From Macrostomum hystrix (Eukaryota; Animalia; Platyhelminthes): a stretch of DNA of 64,000 nt. A program made the translations under genes and the position numbers. The stretch spans positions 14,322,001 through 14,386,000 of the forward strand of contig CATNEN010000038.1 in NCBI GenBank assembly GCA_950097015.1. The letters run 5' to 3'. The notes under the pieces are model-generated. The model had not been told where the DNA came from. It saw nothing but the letters and a program-made list of their open reading frames with translations, and searched no databases. This document shows, in pieces, positions 59,213 to 64,000 of this stretch (position 1 is its first letter; each line of letters starts with the position of its first letter).

Positions 59213-62200
59213 TCACATAGCTGTTGTGTCCTCCATGGCGTAGTTTTGGGCTCCATTGTGATGATGTCTCATGTGGTTGAACCTGTCATAGTTGATGGCC
59301 ACTTCCGGAAGCATCTCGGAGGCTCCGATTTCTGGTACAGCGTTGTCTGAATGTTGAAGCGTACGAGCGTATTTTTAACCTGAATTATTTACTTGTTGGG
59401 CATACAATTAAATACAAGTTAAGTGGGGTGTGGTTTATAAGGCACACAATAGAGGGGTTGGGGTTGGGGTTGGTGTTGTGTGCACACTGGATAGAGGGTG
59501 AGGGGTTGGGTTAGCAGTGTGTGCGCACAAGTTAGAGGTTTGCAGGGGTTGGGGTTGGTGGTGTGTGCATTGGGTTGGTGGTGTGGCACACAGGATACAG
59601 GGGTGAGGAGTTGGATTAGCAGTGTGTGCGCACAAGTTAGAGGTTTGCGGGGGTTGGGGTTGGCAGTTTTGGCACAGGCTAGAGGGGTGGGGTTGGGGTT
59701 GGTGGTGTGGCACATAGGATATAGGGGTGAGGGGTTGAGGTTGGTGGTGCGTGCGCACAGGGTGAGGGGGTTGCGGCTGGCGGAATCGGCATAGGAGAGG
59801 GATAAGGAGTTGGGTCGACAGCGTGGTCGCTGGATTTGGCATTGAGATTGACTACGTGGAAATCATGGGGTGCGAAGAAAAGTATATAAGGGCTTTTATC
59901 GAGCTTCACCTAAAGAAGTCAGACTTACCCTCCTTCCAACCGTGGCCGTAGGCAGTCAGCGGGTAGGCCATTTCACCGTGCTTCGGGAAGTCCAAGCCTG
60001 CGTGAGTAAAGTAAGTAATACAGATGCATCCGAGAATGACAAAATATTGACATAAATTCGTGAGCATGGGATTCGCTCACCCTTGATCTCATGCTCCTTT
60101 TCAACCCGGAACACCTTGAGCAGGCGCAGAAGGCCGAATACGATGGCGGAGACGCCGCCAGTCCAGGCGGTGATGGCCAGAATTCCAATGATCTGCATTG
60201 CCAAGTCTAGGCCGCTCTGCATGTCGAATTTCATCACAATGCCGCGATTGCGATTTAGGAAGGCCACTGAGAGGACACCCCAGATGCCGCCGCCGTAGTG
60301 GACAGCCACAGCGTCCAGCGGGTCGTCGATTTTAATAGCCAGCATGAGCATGGACCAGCAGGTGTAGGAGATGGCCGCGAAGAAGCCGATGATGCATGCG
60401 CCCCACGGGTAGACAATGTTGCAGCCGGCGCAAATGGCCACCATGCCAGCCAGGCCGCCGTTGATGGTCTGGAGCAGGGACCAGTGGGGACCGCGGATGC
60501 GGCCCAGCAGGAGGGTGGAGAAGGCGGCCACGCTTCCACTCAAGATGGTGTTCACCATGGAGATGGCAACGGCGTCGCCATCGTTGGCGTTGGAGATTGT
60601 AAGCTGGCTGCCGCCATTGAAGGCGAAGAAGCCGAAGAACAGGATGAAGCCGCCGAGAGAGGCCAGGGGCACCGAGTGGCCGCGAATCTCCAGCGGCTTC
60701 TTGGTCTCCGGATCGAAGCGACCGATTCGCGGCCCGAGGAGCGCTGCGGCGACGAAGGCAGCGCAGCCGCCAGTCACGTGGACAACACCAGATCCTGCGA
60801 AGTCCTAGAAAGAAGTGGATTAGACTATTACATACTCTTGTTCCTTAGAAACGAACTCGTGTTTCTCAGAAACGAACTCTTGTTTCTTAGAAACGAGCTT
60901 TTGTTTCTTAGAAACGAACTTTATTTTCTTTAGAACGAACTTTTGTTTCTTACAATCAAACTTTTGTTGCTTAGATTAAAGCTTTAGTTTCTTAGAATCA
61001 AAAATTTTGTTTTTTTTAGAAACAAACTTTTATTTTCTAGAAAAGAACATTTGTTTTCTAAAAAAAACTCTTGTTTCCTAGGAACGAACTTTTGTTTCTT
61101 AGAAGCGAACTATTATTTCTAAGAAACAGTTTTTTAGAAACTACCTTCCGTTTTGTAGAAATTTGGGGTCTCTTATAAATGTATAAATTATACCTGGTAG
61201 ACAGAAGACAGGGTTCCATTTTGCGCTTTGATTCCAATCGACAGCCAGCCGATTCCACTGTCCCAGGCCCAATGGGACACGATCGGGTAGACGATACCTG
61301 ATTAATTGGATTGTTTCGAAATCTGAGAATAATTGAGCTAAATCCATCGCATTTTGATAGGCCTATAGACATTTGCAAAGGAACATAAACATGCATGTCT
61401 CTCAATTAATATTGCTACTTATATTAAATAAAATATAAAACTCTTCGCGTTTCCTTAGCAAGGCAATAAGTTTGGATTGTGTTTCTCGCGGAAACGCAAA
61501 ATGCACAAAAATAAACGTAGATTGCAAGCATCCTCTGCAGTTATATATAACACTTCTTAACTTCGCCTATTGTATAGTCAGTACTGTCATAATACAGTAA
61601 AGTAACCCATGTAGATTAATTATGCATCGGCAACAAGGCCGGGGAGCATTAACACTGAGACTTTCTCGTGTGGCGTCCTATATATATATATAGTCGCCGT
61701 TGGTATACCAATTTTTCATGACTTTTGACTGCTTTCTCTCTATTAGCGGAAATACTGCATTCACATTCAGCTAATTAATTCAAGAATGCCTTTATGCAGT
61801 CTCGCGAGGTTAAGAATACCTTCTGATTAGGTATTTTCCTTAAAGCTCTGCTGGGACTGCCTTAAAAAAGTTTATACATTCATATTTATGAACGAACTAT
61901 TACCTTGCCTGTCTATTTGCACAGCTGTTCAGTCCATGGACTGGGGGGCCGCCACACCCATCCTCAATTACCCATTGATTTCTCTTAAATGACCCTTTAA
62001 GGGACTCACTAAAATGCAGAGTTACGTGTCTTGCTAAAGGATACAAATTGTTCCATTGGAGTCGGGAATCGAACCCCCGACCTTTCAGTCATGAGTCCGA
62101 CGCCCAAACCACTAGGCTACAACCCCTACTTGCGTAACTAAATAGTAAAACAAATAATGCTAACTATGTAAATAAAGCTGGGTACCGACAGCTTAAAATT

Positions 62201-64000
62201 GAATAAAAAAAGCGACGCGATAAAATACAAATAAGTTCAGACAGGGCCTCCGTAAACATTTTATAGGAAATACGTGATAGGCTGGGCTAGAAAATGGGGG
62301 CCGACAGAGCGGGGAGAAAATGAGGTCGATAAATGAAGGGGACAGAGAATGTACACGTTTAGGCCAGACTGGGGGGTAGCGCGAAGAAGGCATGGAAAAA
62401 ATCAATTATAGGTTCAATTTTAAGACTTTGTGGCTATTTATAGAACACCAATAAAGGCCTCATTGGTTGTTGCTATTTTTAGAAAAGACTACATAAGCGG
62501 GACCCCTTGTCGTAGCTATTTTAGATAATCTCACGAAGAACCCCTGTTTAACACCGAACCGTTAAGAGCCGCCTGACTTACAATGACTTCTAGCATTGTG
62601 TTTTCCCAAGCTACCCTTGCGTCAAAGGCAAAGGTGTGCAAAGTCACTGCAACATTTCTGCGCTTTCCATAGGATGTACGAGATGTATAGATCATTGTTT
62701 AGCTCAATTATAATTTAATAGAATGCGTAACAGAAAAATGTTACGATCTCAAAAAATAATATAAATTCGCAATTTGGTGTTTGTATAACTTCGGCGCGCC
62801 CAATTTGATATAGTCTAACGGATGTGCACTAAAAGTACATTTTAATTTATATCCGATGCCACTCTACAAATGCGAATAATTTTAATCAAGGCAGTGGGCC
62901 GACCGTAAAAATATTTTGTCTACAAGGCTGCATTCCTTACCAGTCTACAAGAATCCTCGAACGGCAAAGATGTGCAACTCGAGGTTTGTTGCCTGCATGG
63001 CAGACTCGCCTCGAGTTCACCCACAAAGTGGCCACTTGTTTATTCGGCGGCCTTTGTCTTCCTTTCATTTTGCCTCTTCACGTCTCATACAGTCTCATCT
63101 CATATAAAAATTAGAGCTATTCAACTCATTTCTTTCTAAATAGTTTTTGGCTTTCGTCTCTTCGTCAAAGTCTATCTGTGCGAGATGTGCGGCACTTAAA
63201 CATCTCTATCGGGCCGGGTCCTTCTCGGTGATAGAAATATTTTAGACTTAAATAGACACTGTTTCGAGTCATATACGTTGAGAAATGCAACAATACATCT
63301 GGATGATGAAATGAACGCTTTCGGGGGTTCTTTTGTGTGTAACGCCGTGCAAAGCAAATTATGGATACGAAGCCTTGGCACAATGGCTTAGCTCATATTC
63401 TAAGGAATTCGACGCGCTCTAGATCTGGCATACAAAATTTGCTGGTAAGGTAGGCAGGGCGTTGCGCAGTTTTGAGTTCTGTGGCGCGACCCATGGCTAA
63501 ACATGAGTCTATTTTATTATATTGTCCCAAAGAACTGCGCGTTTAAACTTTTCGCACGATTTCACAGACCCATATTGACCAACGGACAATGTAGACTTTG
63601 AGAAGGGCTCCGTTTTGGTTTTCAATAAAAGCGCCGAAACAATTTATAATTAGCCGATTTATAGGACAGAAACTTTGAAGAGTTTAAAACGCAGAAACGC
63701 ACCTGTAATGATGAAGGAATAGCTGATGTAAGCCAGGAAATCGCAACGTTCAGCTACGGCGCCAGAGACTATGGTAGCCGACGTCGCAGCGAACACAAAC
63801 TGGAAGAACCAGTGATGAAATCTAGAGTCGGGCAGGTAGGACATTGCAAAGTAGCCGCTGCCGCAGAATGGGTTGCCATTCGGGGCTCCGAAGGCCAGGC
63901 CGTAGCCGATGACGTAATAGGCGATGCCGCCTATGAAGGAGTCCAGGATGTTCTTAATGAGGATGTTGGTTGTGTTCTTCGAGCGCACAGCTCCAGCCTC
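59213..64000 (-). CDS. amt: Ammonium transporter (Amt/MEP family), 5' part outside window. Exons >64000-63703, 61297-61194, 60804-60081, 59997-59929, 59346-59213
   Basis: EAGAVRSKNTTNILIKN, FFQFVFAATSATIVSGAVAER, YPIVSHWAW, DFAGSGVVH, GPRIGRF, FNGGS, KIDDPLDAVAVH, GLDFPKHGEMAYP; both pore His present; phases consistent. Confidence 0.96.
59420..59820. repeat. Degenerate G/T-rich repeat (GGGGTTGGGG...) in Amt intron
   Basis: Imperfect units of roughly 105 bp with many G-runs. Confidence 0.75.
60838..61140. repeat. 21-bp degenerate minisatellite (TTTCTTAGAAACGAACTCTTG) in Amt intron
   Basis: Direct periodicity that decays to the right. Confidence 0.85.
61915..62127 (-). mobile_element. SINE family B copy
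   Basis: Minus strand reads GGGGTTGTAGCCTAGTGG (A box)...GGTTCGATTCCCGACTCC (B box), CORE-like block and shared 3' block. Confidence 0.85.

Overview
Eukaryotic, intron-containing, repeat-rich invertebrate DNA. GC-rich Ala/Gln-rich exons, very short introns, abundant minisatellites and tRNA-SINEs suggest a free-living flatworm such as Macrostomum (inference only). Host genes I can reconstruct: an intronless ankyrin-repeat ORF running off the left edge (-), a small secreted Cys-rich prepropeptide candidate (-), naked cuticle (+), ferroportin/SLC40 (+), GPATCH4 (+), a centrin-like EF-hand protein (-), a divergent SLC15/POT transporter (+), an AADAC/NCEH1-like esterase (+), LASP (LIM-nebulin-SH3) (-) and an Amt ammonium transporter entering from the right edge (-). 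Mobile DNA: an RTE-type LINE 3' fragment joined head-to-head to a decayed 2A-like/PHD/APE/RT LINE, a TIR-to-TIR DD34D mariner with two nonsense codons, an internally deleted MULE with TSDs, a piggyBac-like relic, two tRNA-SINE families (about 11 copies), MITE-like and palindromic elements, and about 15 tandem arrays that explain most of the spurious ORFs in the track. The best leads are the Cys-rich peptide gene, the virus-like 2A/StopGo remnant, the SLC15 lacking its proton-coupling motif, the templated intronic copy of the esterase 3' end, the GAA-centred palindromes and a dispersed element whose core is inverted relative to its ends. Exon boundaries were read by eye from GT/AG signals and reading phase; no database searches were run.
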